DNA of 64,000 nucleotides from Zootoca vivipara (taxonomy: Eukaryota), in NCBI RefSeq assembly GCF_963506605.1, contig NC_083288.1, positions 42,222,001-42,286,000 of the forward strand. The letters run 5' to 3'. Position 1 is the first letter of the stretch. Each line of letters begins with the position of its first letter. The notes under the pieces were generated by a model. The model did not search any database. It was not told the origin of the DNA and saw nothing but the letters and a program-made list of their open reading frames with translations. Below, in pieces: positions 21,748 to 34,038 of this stretch. The position numbers were made by a program, and so were the translations under genes.

Positions 21748-22606
21748 TAATAATAATAATAATAATAATAATTTATTTATTTATTTATACCCCGCCCATC
21801 TGGCTGGGTTTCCCCAGCCACTCTGGGCGGCTTCAAACAGAAAAATAAAACACAATAATCTATTAAACATTAAAAAGCCTCCCTGAACAGGGCTGCCTTC
21901 AGATGTCTTCTAAAAGTCTGGTAGTTGTTTTCCTCTTTGACATCTGTTGGGAGGGCATTCCACAGGGCAGGCGCCACCACCGAGAAGGCCCTCTGCCTAG
22001 TTCCCTGCAACTTGGCTTCTCCCACCGAGGGAACCGCCAGAAGGCGCTCGGTGCTGGACCTCAGTGTCTGGGCAGAATGATGGAAGTGGAGACGCTCCTT
22101 CAGGTATATTGGACCGAGGCCATTTAGGGCTTTAAAGGTCAGCACCAACACGTTGAATTGTGCTCGGAAACATACTGGGAGCCAATGTAGATCTTTCAAG
22201 ACCGGTGTTAAGTGGTCTCGGCGGCCGCTCCCAGTCACCAGTCTAGCTGCCGCATTCTGGATTAGTTGTAGTTTCCGAGTCAACTTCAAAGGTAGCCCCA
22301 CGTAGAGCGCATTGCAGTAGTCCAAGTGGGAGATAACTAGAGCATGCACCACTCTGGCTAGACAGTCTGCAGGCAGGTAGGGTCTCAGCCTGCGTACCAG
22401 ATGGAGCTGATAGACAGCTGCCCTGGACACAGAATTGACCTGCGCCTTCATGGACAGCTGTGAGTCCAAAATGACTCCCAAGCTGCACACCTGGTCCTTC
22501 AGGGGCAGTTACCCCATTCAGGACCAGGGAACCCTCCACACCTGCCCGCCTCCTGTCCCCCACGAACAGTACTTCTGTCTTGTCAGGGTTCAACCTCAAT
22601 CTGTTA
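21748..22606 (-). mobile_element. L2-clade LINE, 5'-truncated, with (TTA)/(TAAA) tail
   Basis: ORFs LNPDKTE, LGVILDS..LDYCNALY..LQLIQNAAARL..LHWLPV; simple-repeat tail at 21748-21788. Confidence 0.9.
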
Positions 22607-22614
22607 GCCTAGAC

Positions 22615-22750
22615 CAGGCATCCCCAAACTGCGGCCCTCCAGATGTTTTGGTCTACAACTCCCATGATCCCTAGCTAAGAGGACCAGTGGTCAGGGATGG
22701 TGGGAATTGTAGTCTAAAACATCTGGAGGGCTGAAGTTTGGGGATGCCTG
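22615..22750. mobile_element. hAT-type MITE
   Basis: CAGGCATCCCCAAACT TIRs; perfect 8-bp TSD GCCTAGAC. Confidence 0.88.
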
Positions 22751-25700
22751 GCCTAGACAAACATATTAGATATTAAGGTCTTTGGTGTTTAAAATATTCT
22801 GTATAATGTCATCAACAAGTAAGTCCTTAGCCCTCTCTGTACCTTGGTACGCCCGGCAGTTACTAAGTATAATTCCCCAGGGCATCTGAATGCTCCACCT
22901 TCGATTCAGATATTAAGCCCACAATTGAATAGCTCAGTGGAGAGTTAGCTGCCACCACCTACAGGATAAAGGACAGTGGCTCTCTAATGTGGCTTTGCTA
23001 AGAGGCCCAAGGCAAGAATGTTGTTTCAGGGTTTTAGAATAACAGGTGTATAACTCTGAGGCTTAATTTGCATTAAATGACACCACCACAAGCCCTTAAT
23101 GTCACTGTAGCAGAAAGAGGTATGCATACCTAATCGGAGCCTTGACTATAGAGGATATTAAAAACATTACTATCCACAACAGTAACTGCAAAAAACAACA
23201 ACTTATTAGAGTTTGCACATTGAGTCAATGGGAATTGTCAGAAAATGAGTCCAGATGGAATTGAAACAACCTATTAAGTGAATTGCTGAAATGAATGTTG
23301 TTGTTCTGCAAATCCATTTTAAGGAAGAGCTTAACTTCCCCTTTTAGCTTTTATTTGAGTCCACTTATTTTATACATTTCTTTTTCATTTGTGTAATAGA
23401 CACAGCCTAAATCTTTATGTACTGAGAGCTGCCACCCTGGTTTTTGCATAAAAGTGAAGGAGGGGGAAGCATTTTGCTGCTACGATTGCATCCCTTGTCC
23501 GGAAGGGAAGATTTCAGACAAGGATGGTAAGAGATTTACTGTATATGTTTATAGTTAGTTGCCTCTAATCGAGAATCATGCATTCACCAAGGTTCCTTTT
23601 TACAGCTTATAAAAATATTGAGGAATCTAGCTGAAGAGGGACCTAATGAAAGTGTATGTGTTTGTGTGATAATTTATTATTGTGAATGTTCATTGCTGTT
23701 AATAAGAAAAACTCCTATACCAAGATCCACGAGGTTGAAGGCGATTAGTGTAAAGTGGATTTTCAGATGAGCCAGGAGGTTTCTGTAACAGCTGGAAATA
23801 TGCCACCACATCTCCTTAATCCAGGCTGAGCTGAGTGTGTGAGCCGGGGGGGGGGGCATTACTAATAATACGATGCATGAAGGATCTTCAGCTTGGACAC
23901 ATGATATGGAAACCCAGCCTAAATTAAGCCAATGAAGAGGGTGGTGTAACTACAACAGTATTTTAAAAGCTTGTTTTCCCTCTGACAGACTTTGGATAAG
24001 TATGACATATCAAAATCCAGAAAACAGTTGAAAGGTTCTGATTAGGGCATCTAACGTCAAAAACTACAAAGGCTAATTTACACTAATACTCCTTAATTAG
24101 GGAGTAAGTAAGTGTGAACAACTAGAACAGTGTCAGGAAAATTTCAGTTGACGTCAGGCCGGAAATCAGGAAGTGCTCTATGGCCCTCCCTCTGGCATTT
24201 TGCCTCAATCAGTATTCAACATCCGATAGGTGAGAAGGGCACGGTTCCATCATTTGTAATCTCTATTGTTTGGAACTCCTTGTACGCTTTTAAAATCATT
24301 TTAATTATGTATTTAGAAGTAGTGGCATATTGGTCATATTTTTGGGATTAAGAATTAGGTTTTTCTTTCTCAGACATGAATGACTGCTATGAATGTGAAG
24401 ATGAAAAGTATCCAAACAAACATAGGAATATATGTATTCCCAAGAGTGCAACTTTCTTGTCCTTTGAAGAACCTCTGGGCCTCAGCTTAGCTTGTTCGGC
24501 TCTTTTCTTTGCTTTTATTACAGCACTGGTACTAGAAATATTTGTTAAGCACAGAGACACTCCCGTTGTGAAAGCCAACAACCGGGACCTCACCTACGCT
24601 CTGCTCATCTCCCTCTTGCTTTGCTTCCTTTCTGCATTACTGTTCATCGGATATCCTGACAAGGTGACATGTCTCCTCCGACAAACTGTTTTTGGCATTA
24701 TCTTCTCAGTGGCCGTTTCTTGTGTTCTGGCAAAAACCATCACTGTGGTTCTGGCTTTCATAGCCACAAAACCAGGATCCAGAATGAGGAAGTGGGTGGG
24801 GAAAGGACTGGCAAACTCTATTGTCCTCTCCTGCTCCCTTATCCAGGCAGTCATCTGCACTGTGTGGCTGGTGATCTCTCCTCCATTCCCTTATGCTGAC
24901 ATGAAGTCAGTGGCTGAAGAAATTGTACTGGAGTGCAATGAGGGGACAGTGACCTTCTTTTACTGTGTCTTGGGCTACATGGGCTTCCTAGCTTTGGTCA
25001 GTTTCACTGTGGCTTTCCTTGCCCGGAAATTACCGGACAGTTTCAACGAAGCCAAGTTCATCACTTTCAGCATGTTGGTCTTTTGCAGTGTTTGGTTATC
25101 CTTTGTTCCTGCCTACATGAGCTCAAAGGGGAAATACATGGTGGCTGTGGAGATCTTCTCTATCTTAGCCTCCAGTGCTGGGTTGCTGGGTTGCATCTTT
25201 TCCCCAAAATGTTACACTATTTTGCTAAGGCCTGAGCTGAACAATAGGGAGCACCTAATAAGAAGAAAATACTGAAGAAATCAAAGTTTTGTTTCATTGG
25301 CTATAATATTTAGTTCAGGGATTTGTATGTATCTCTGGAAAGAAGCACCCACAATCCTCTTCAGGCTACCACCTCACAGGATTTAACCCTCCTCTGCTCT
25401 CAGTCAAAAAGTGGGAAGGAGATGGTGTTCATTCTTTCCCTGTCCGCTCCCAACTTTAATCAGAATATTTAAAATACCAATTAAATATTAGTCCTGCCCC
25501 CAATTGCCCCGAGGATGAATACAGGGCAGCGCAGTTGTACCCTCAGGCAGCCCAATCCAGGACCCTAGATTTCACCCCCAGATCAGGTAGGATGTGAGAT
25601 CCCCACTTCACATTTCTATTTCCTGCAAATCTCCACTACTTGCCCTCTTTCAACACTCTGATGCCCCCATATTCAGCAATTCCAGACCTAATTGAACTTT

Positions 25701-26030
25701 TCTTCTGCTGACTATGAACTCTGCATTTGTTATCATTAGGTCATGGCAGTGTATTATTCTGCCCTTAGGCTCTTTCGCACAACTATTCGGCAGTAGAGAT
25801 GAACAATTTTACACTGTCTAATCCCATCTTATTTTTCTGCATGTGGCTGTGTTAATGTACATCCTGCCCCATTGTAGTGGAACACACAATATGGTTGCCA
25901 CCTGTACACATAATTGCAACCGGCAATGACTTCTTCTGGCAGGCACTCATGAAGGCCTCGTGGGTTGGTTGCTGATATGCGTGCTTTGCTGGTAAGTTGA
26001 CAGAATACCAACATAAGTGACATAAGAGGC

Positions 26031-26165
26031 CAAGCTTTTTTTCAGCCAGAACTCACTGGAACTCAGTTCTGGCACCACTCAGGTGGGCGCCATTGCCATT
26101 AGAAGAGACCAAAGCAGGCGTTCATGCTGAGTTCTGGAAACGTTTCTTCTAGAAATATAGCACTG
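26031..26165. mobile_element. Degenerate hAT-type MITE
   Basis: CAAGCTTTTTT...ATAGCACTG ends; paralogous copy near 55577-55670. Confidence 0.5.
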
Positions 26166-26223
26166 AGAAGGGGCATTCGGATGGATCCTTGGTTGCAATG
26201 GGCAGGAAGAAGGGACCACTCCT

Positions 26224-28956
26224 TTTTTTATAATATTTTTATTAGAGTTTTCAAAAATACAACAATAATACAAAACAAAGAAAAAAGAGGGGGGAAAGGA
26301 AAAGAAAAGAGAAAGAAAAAACAAGTACATATAAGAATACATATTGTTTTGTCTATTCACATTGTATATTGGGACCTCCTCGGGTTCCCTTCCCCTGTGG
26401 TTCTTTAGCTCGTTTATACTTAGCAAATTCTATACCATTTTGATCACCTTGTATAATCCTATTTTTTTCCTTTCACCTAACATATTCATAAATTCCACAG
26501 TTTATTTACAACTTAATTTCTGATCTTAATATGTCACTTTAGCATATTTTTTAAAATACAACTTAAAATCTTTCCATTCTTCTTCCATCGCTTCCTCTCC
26601 CCGGTTGCGGATTCTTCCTGTCATCTCAGCCAGTTCCATAAACTCCATCATCTTCATCTGCCAGTCATCAATCGTTGGTAATACTTGTGATTTCCAGTTC
26701 TTAGCAATCAGAAGTCTTGCCGCAGTTGTAGCATACATTAAAAAGGGGACATTTTTCTTAGGAATCTCTTTTCCGACAATGCCCACTAGAAATGCTTCTG
26801 GTTTCTTAACAAATGTGTTTTTCAACACTTTCTTGAGTTCGTTATCAATCTTGTTCCAGAAGTCACTTACTAGTGGACACGTCCACCACATGTGGTAAAA
26901 GGAACCTTCTTCTTTCTTACATCTCCAACATTTATTATCATGGTTATGGTAAATCTTTGCTAGTTTTACTGGTGTAAGATACCACCTATACATCATTTTC
27001 ATTATATTTTCTCTTAATAAACTACACGCAGTAAACTTAATGTTCTCTTGCCATAATTTTTCCCATTCCTCAATCATAATATTATGTCCAACATCCTTTG
27101 CCCACAAAATCATAACATTTTTTGTTTGTTCATCTTTCGTATGCCACTCAAGCAGCAGTTTGTACATTCTGGAAAGTATTTTCATCTTAGGTTCTAACAA
27201 TTCTGTTTCCAACTTTGACCTCTCTGTTTGAAAACCAAGTAATCTATCCATTTTAAAAGCTTCATTTATCTGATGGTATTGGAGCCAATCATCTAGTTTA
27301 CATTTCAACCCCTCATATGTCTTTAACTTAAATTGGTCTCCTTCTTCAATCAACAAATCTCTATATTTTGGCCAACTGGTTTCCATATTTAGTCTTTTAC
27401 GAACCTTGGCCTCCAACGGTGAAATCCATTTAGGTGTTTTTCTTTCTAACAAATCTTTGTACCTGGACCAGACATTATACAATGATTTTCTAATTATATG
27501 GCTTTTGAAGCCTCTGTGAGAGTTTACTTTATCATACCATAGATATGCATGCCAACCATAAACATTATCATAACCTTCTAGATCCAATATATCCGTATTC
27601 TCCAACAAAAACCAATCTTTCATCCAGCAAAAGGCAGCTGCTTCATAGTAAATTCTAAAATCAGACAGGGAAAAGCCTCCTCTTTGTTTATCATCAGTAA
27701 TTACCGGTACCTTATATTTAATTATTGGCTTTTCCCCCTGCCATATAAATTTCGATATCACCTTTTGCCATTCTTTAAAACTTTCCATCTTATCAATTAT
27801 TGGCAGTGATTGAAACAGAAATAACATCTTTGGCAATACATTCATCTTAACAGTTGCTATATGACCCAACAAAGACAGTTTCAAATTCGTCCAGGTTTCT
27901 AAATCATTCTTAACTTCATTCCACAATTTAACATAATTGTCCTTAAACAGATTCAAATTCTTTGACGTCATATTAACACCAAGGTATTTCACTTTCTTAA
28001 CAAAAGATAAACCAGTAGCTTCTTGTAATTTTTCTCTTTCCTTACTATCCAAATTTTTATCTAGCACTTTGGTTTTTGACTTATTCAATTTAAAACCTGC
28101 TACCCTTCCGAATTCATAAATTGTTTCCAGAGCCCGTGGAACACTGGACTCTGGATCTTGTAAAGTCAACACAAGGTCATCTGCAAAGGCTTTAAGTTTA
28201 TATTGTTTCTTCCCTACAGTCACACTTTTTATTTCCTCATCTTTCCTGATCATGTCGAGTAAGACTTCCAGGACTGATATAAAAAGTAGGGGGGAGAGGG
28301 GACACCCTTGTCTTGTACCTTTTTCAATTCTAATTTCTTCTGAAACCATATTATTTACAATAATCTTAGCTTTTTGCTCGGAATAGATCGCATTTACTCC
28401 ATTCAGAAAACTTTGGCCCATCTCCATTTTTTCTAAATTCATTTTCAAAAACAACCAAGAAATATTATCAAAGGCCTTCTCTGCATCAATAAACATTAAT
28501 ATGGCTTTTTTATTTATCTTCTGCTCCAACATCTCCAAAATGTCCACCACATTCCTGATATTGTCCTTCATGTTTCTTCCCGGTAGAAAGCCGGCTTGGT
28601 CGTGATGGATAAAGTCTTTAAGAACCTTTTTCAATCTAGAGGCCAGAGTATTAGCAAATATTTTGTAGTCCACATTCAACAAGGAGATTGGGCGGTAGTT
28701 CTTAACTTGTGTTCTATCCGTGTCTGGCTTAGGTATCAGCGTAATATAGGCCTCTTTCCAAGACTCAGGGGCCTCTCCTCCTTTCAAAATTTCATTGCAT
28801 AAATCCTTTAAGGGTTGAACTAACCAGTCCTTCATTGTTCTATAATATGTAGCAGTAAGTCCGTCCGGTCCTGGTGTCTTACCCAGTTGCATTTGTAATA
28901 TTGCTTGTTCCACTTGTGTTGAAATTTGTTGAGAAAGTAGGGATCTCTTGTCTTCC
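26224..28956 (-). mobile_element. L1-clade LINE, 5'-truncated, young
   Basis: 17-bp TSD AAGAAGGG(A/C)CCACTCCT at 26207-26223 and 28957-28973; poly(T) at left end; empty site in paralogous spacer near 44817-44840. Confidence 0.92.
26526..28956 (-). CDS. L1 ORF2 fragment (RT and C-terminal zinc knuckle), about 810 uninterrupted codons, no endonuclease
   Basis: KTPGPDG, YRPISLLNVDYKI, DAEKAFD, GTRQGCPLSP, FADD, KYLG, CWRC..HMWWTC. Confidence 0.88.
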
Positions 28957-29021
28957 AAGAAGGGCCCACTCCTAGTGATCATGTGGGGTTCCCCAGGAAT
29001 GGTTCACAACCTGGGGGATTT

Positions 29022-29734
29022 TGTTGGATTTTTTGAATAGTCAAGTTACTTTAGAGCCGGTCTAATGTAAATACTGTCTGTTTAAGAGAAACAGGTGCCG
29101 GTGTTTCTGTTAATTGCTCACAGGCGTGGGCTCTGCTCCTTGTATATAAGGCTCTGCCAGAAAGCCTTCTGTATCTCTTAGTTAGATCTTTCAGTTTGAT
29201 TCATCTCTTAGTAGATCACTCTCTCAGTTGTTCTCAGTTTAAGAGATTCCCAGTTGAATCTTACTAAGAGAGCCTCTCAGTTTAAGAGATTCCTTAGTTG
29301 AATCTTAGTATGAGAGTTGCTTAGTTATAATGCTAGTTTGCTGTTAATTCTTGGGTAGTTTAATGGGAGTTTTGTGGGAGTTTGTGGGAGGTTTGGAATG
29401 TGGGTAGATAAAGTTGCTAAGAGAGAAAGCATTTATCTTTAGTTTAAAGTCTTTTTTGAGTCAGTTTGTTTTTCAGTTAAAGAAACCCAACCGTTTGTAT
29501 TTTCTTCTGTATGCTTTTACAAGCGTACAGCTAGTAAGCGGTTTCATATGAGGGAGATAATTCCCTACGCTCTTGGTGGTGTTTTCTTAGCCAGGTCGAC
29601 TTCTGACTGTGTATATTCTGCGTGAAGCGTACTTTAAAGGGCCACTGGAAACTGGGATATATGATTTAGGTTAAGCAAGTTTCAATACCCAGTTTTCTCC
29701 AATATTATACTTATTATATATATTTTATCCAAAA
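29022..29734. mobile_element. Solo LTR (about 713 bp)
   Basis: TGTTGGAT...ATCCAAAA (degenerate ATCCAACA) termini; 5-bp TSD GATTT/GATTC; TATATAAG near 29143; absent from the paralogous spacer near 44880. Confidence 0.65.
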
Positions 29735-30153
29735 GATTCCGTAACTAGGGGTTATGTTTCACCACTTTCTTTTCCACATTGAAGGAACTTTTATCTCTTC
29801 ATATTAAGGAGTATGAATGAATTAGAATATTAAAATAAAAATGCACCAAAGAAAGTATTACATTGCATTGATTATAACGTAGTGCCTGAATTCTCATTTC
29901 CTCATACCCATCTGTAATAAAAGTTTGCTTTTGAAATTGTCTGTGTTGTGAATCTCTCGGTTTTGAACTGTTTAGGCACATTTTCAGGGCACCATGTGTT
30001 TGAGTCTCAAAACAGATCCACCTCTCATATGTGCATGTTTTTAGAGGTTCATGGGTAAATTATGTGTGCATGCATCTCCCAACACTTCCTGGGCATCTGC
30101 ATAATAGCATAGCCAGAACTCTCCTCCCCCCTTCCATATTGGTACATCTGGAC

Positions 30154-30216
30154 TACATTATTTTGCTGTGACCTGTACTGAATGATAGGGGTCTGTTAAT
30201 TAGAAGGAGGTCTTGA
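30154..30216 (+). pseudogene. 63-bp relic of a gene-1-type last exon (C-terminal codons and stop)
   Basis: Aligns to 15474-15536 and continues into the gene 1 3' flank. Confidence 0.8.
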
Positions 30217-30672
30217 AAAATGCACAAGAGTATTTCTTTTCTTCAGTGTATAGGCTGGGAATTTCTGTTCATCCATCACAGTCACATTGACTAAATGAGG
30301 AATTCAGGGGTGGGGTGTCATTGTATAAGACCAAATTTGCTGATCAAGTTGGAACAGCAAGACAAGAAACTGAGCATGAGATTATCAATGAAAAACAGAA
30401 AGATCTGGGGAGCCTAATAGAATGAGACACCTCAAGTGAGTTGTAGATAGGGAAAGAGGAGTCTAGCACACATATCACTGTTTGATTCAGAAGGTCAGGA
30501 GACACCAATGAACTCCACATTTACACCATTATGAATAGAAGTAAAATCCCACTTGGAGAGCATTGAGGTCATATTATAGTACATCTAATGAAATAAAATT
30601 CCTATACGGGGATCTGCTACCTTCAAATATTACTCCTTCTAATGCTATACAATCATTCATTGGATATGAACA

Positions 30673-30794
30673 GAAGTGTGCATGCACACGAAAGCTCATA
30701 TCAAAATAAAAACTTAGTTGGTCTTTAAGGTGCTACTGAAGGAATTTTTTTATTTTACTTCGACCCAGACCAACACGGCTACCTACCTGTAACC
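30673..30794 (+). mobile_element. Penelope-like element terminal-repeat fragment
   Basis: GTGTGCATGCACACGAAAGCTCA..TTAGTTGGTCTTTAAGGTGCTAC, shared with 35878-36046 and 52681-53120. Confidence 0.7.
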
Positions 30795-31027
30795 AGCTTA
30801 TATTTTGCTATTTCTTGTTTTTGCTGTTGTGTATTTTAGCTTTTAATATTGTATCATTTTATATACTTTTATGAATTTGGACTGGGACAAGGGAACGTAG
30901 GCTGCATGTAAGATCCTTCCATCCCCTGGACCCAGCAAGTATTAAAATATAATATGTAAACTATAAACTAGGGTACCTTCCTGTGTAGAGGTGATTGCCT
31001 GGGAGATGGGCCATTAGGGGAACAAAG

Positions 31028-31638
31028 GAAATATTGTGGAAAGAGAATTTGGGATTCATGGCATGTGAAGTGATAAAAGAAAATTTTCTCAAGATGTCCC
31101 ACAGATGGTATATGACTCCTTACAAACTATCTAAAATGCATAGAGAAAAAAAAAGTGTTGGAGGTGCAAACAAGTAGAGGGCACACTGCTGCATATGTGG
31201 TGGACTTGAGATAAAATTAAGAGTTTGGGGGATATGGTTTATGGAGAGCTGAAGAAAATATTCAAATCAACTTTTTAAAAAACCAGAAGCCTTTTTACTG
31301 GGAATATTAGAGCCAGATATTGCAAAGGAAAATAAGAGAAAAATTTTTAATGTGATAGTAGCAGCAAGAATTCTAATTGCCAAAAATTGGAAAAATGAAA
31401 CAATCCCAACAAAAAAGAATGGCAATAGAGAAGAGGAATTGAGAAAGAAACAGTTTATTAAGTATACACCTGGACCCGCATTGAGGGGGAAGGAAGTCAA
31501 ATAGAAATGAATAAGAATTGAAATAGGGATGTCTGTGTAATTTGTTCTATATGTGTACTTATGTCTTCCTGTATGCTTGTTTTCTGAGTGATGTCTGTGT
31601 TGGCGTTCGTATAATAAGTTAATAAAAGCATTTTAAAA
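31028..31638 (+). mobile_element. L1 3' fragment (degenerate)
   Basis: KENFLKMSHRWYMTP..CWRC..HMWWT..KPEAFLLG; AATAAA tail; degenerate TSD AGG(G/A)GAACAAA; empty site near 56395. Confidence 0.8.
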
Positions 31639-33021
31639 AGGAGAACAAAAGAAAGGGGGTCTATGTGAGAGAGGAAATGGTTACGGCCCCTCCCTCAATT
31701 GGTTTGAAGGACGAAGTCTAGGTTTAGAGTTGGAAGTTTGCAGTGATGTGACATGGAAATAAAGCAGAAAGCTGGAGAAAGACTCACAGAGCAACGTGTG
31801 GTGTCGGTTTCAACCAAAGCCTAAAGCTAAGAGAAAAATTAGACCCTTTTGGGGTGTTAATGCTGTAAACTCCTCCATCGTAGGCTCAGGTCATATATAT
31901 GTGTAAATAAACCACATATCCTAAAAATGCCAGTTTCTGTTGTGCCTCATTCCAAAAGGAAACACAAAGGCTGGGTAAGCACATGAAGATTCAGGAATCC
32001 CACACCACTTAGAGACTGGGGTGGTGGACAAGAATAAGCATGTCAGCCATTAAATTGTATTCCCATTTGTAAAGCACAAAGAAAGGGAAGGGGAAAAACA
32101 ATGACATATTTCTGGCACAACTGTTTAAATTTTGGCATGGAAAGATGTGACAAAATGAGATAAGGAAAGTGAGATGCTATAATAACAAAGGTTATATTGA
32201 GCACTGCCCACAAATTAGAAATGTCTTTCCGTGTTGATAGACACCAATGCCTCATTTTTGTTTTCCCAGCAAAAAGTTGGTGCTTTTCTCCCATCTGTTG
32301 GCAAGACAAAGAGACCAACTACTGCAATTATTTCTCTTTCATGTGAACTTTGAATGCAAGGTAAGTAGTGGAAGGCTCCCCCACTCTGGAGGTTTCTTCT
32401 TTCCAAGTCAGAATTTTAAGGGGTCATGGCTAATATCGGATATGTTCCTTTCCACCCTCTCTTGAGACCAAAGGGTTGTATTTCCAGCATTGTTTTCTTT
32501 TTGTTCATTATTGCAAGCCAAAATGTCATGCAGCAAAGGGAAAATGAAAACTTCTGTTCAGAAAAACACACAAATGACTATCTTCCCTTTAATTATCAAA
32601 AGAACTGTAATTAATGTTCCCACTGGTCAAACCACCTCATGGACTTGCACAGTACACTATTGAAGTTAATGAGAAAGTATGTGAAGGGTACAATAATTGA
32701 GGCTTTCAAAGTCTGGTGGCCTTGGACTGTTTTGGATCAAAACCCCATCTCCTGCAGCCAGCTTTGAATGCTGTGAATTGTGGTTGAAAACATCTGAAGG
32801 ATACCAGGTTGGAGGAGCCTGATAAAAAATATATTACCTCCAGCAATCACAGCTAGACTTAGAAATCAGAAACCAGAAAGGATCCATCAGTGTCATAATT
32901 ATTATTCCCCCCCCCCGACATATGAGCAGACTAAAAGGCCAATTAGGTCAGACTACTTCAGTCACAAAAGCTGTAATAGTCATAGGGGCATCTTAGTGTA
33001 TAGAGAAAAGTTGTACCAAGG

Positions 33022-33239
33022 ATGGTGGGATTATTGGTCTTGCTACTGATTCTACTTCCTAATGCAATATGCAAACCTCCTGTTGTTAAATGCCACATCC
33101 ATGATCCACACACTCCACTTCATCAGTATCATCAGGAAGGAGACCTCATCCTTGGTGGCATAGCCTCTCACAGCATCATCGTCTCCAGTTCAATAGCCTT
33201 CAGCGAAAACCCCCCACCAACGTTGCTTGAAGAGCTAAA
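33022..33239 (+). CDS. Orphan or alternative V2R exon 1 (signal peptide exon) with its own upstream region
   Basis: [23 protein letters not shown]; 218 bp, intact GTAAG donor, same phase as other first exons; no exon 2 before the next exon 1. Confidence 0.8.
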
Positions 33240-34038
33240 GTAAGGTATCATAGGAAGACATGTAATATATTTTTTAGGAAGACATGTAATATATCAGTTT
33301 TGCTTCAGGGTCCCAAGAGAATGAAACGATGGTGGTATTGTTGGTCTTGCTGCTGTTTCTACTTCCAATATGCTCCATGCAATATGCTCCAAACAAAAAT
33401 AAAAATAGAAAGATAAAGCTGGAGAATTGAATGAGAAAGGAGGGGGAAATCAGAAAGTTAAATAAATGCATCCGTGTTTTCCTTATTTCAAAACTCTTGT
33501 GCTTGATAGAAGCACGCAGGTTGATACAAACCTCCTGTTCTCAGTTGGTGGTGAAGGAAGAAGAAGAAGCATCTACTTTTTAAAGTCGTGAAATAAAAAA
33601 TGTGTACAGGCCGGATGGATAATAGAATGGCCAGAAATCTCCCTCCCTCCCTTCCATGCTGGTACATTGGGACTACATTATTTTCCCCCTTGTCTAACCA
33701 CCTCATGGACTTGCACAGTACACGATCAAAGCTAATGAGAAAGTCTGTTAAAGGTACTATAATTGAGCCTTTCGAAGACTGGTGCCCTTGGGCAGTTTTG
33801 GATCACAACCCCATTACTTGGAGCCAGCTCTGAACAATGTCATAAAAGTTTATTACCACCAGCAATCACAGCTGGACTTAGGAATCAGAAACCAGCAGTC
33901 ATCCATCAACATCACCACTATTTTTTCTCTCCAGTTTTCGCAGTCTGTATTTCAGACATTAGATCAGACTATTTCACTCTCAAAGGCTGTGATAGTACTA
34001 GGGGGATTTTAAGAGTATAGAGGAAAATTGTACCAAGG

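Larger units (their letters stand above)
17352..25275 (+). pseudogene. Vmn2r: Vomeronasal type-2 receptor gene 2, frameshifted in exon 3
   Basis: Exons 17352-17569, 18111-18402, 18782-19634, 20561-20788, 23400-23526, 24374-25275; extra A in the run at 18815-18819 (A5 vs A4 in paralogs) gives TAA at 18869-18871; also a 9-bp in-frame deletion (QTV). Confidence 0.8.

Noticed and set aside
28957-28982. Start codon of the 818-aa L1 ORF
   Set aside because: The first codons lie in the TSD and flank; the element is 5'-truncated, so the start is fortuitous.
29190-29330. CRISPR-like repeat array
   Set aside because: Irregular imperfect repeats inside an LTR in vertebrate DNA; no constant repeat-spacer period and no cas genes.
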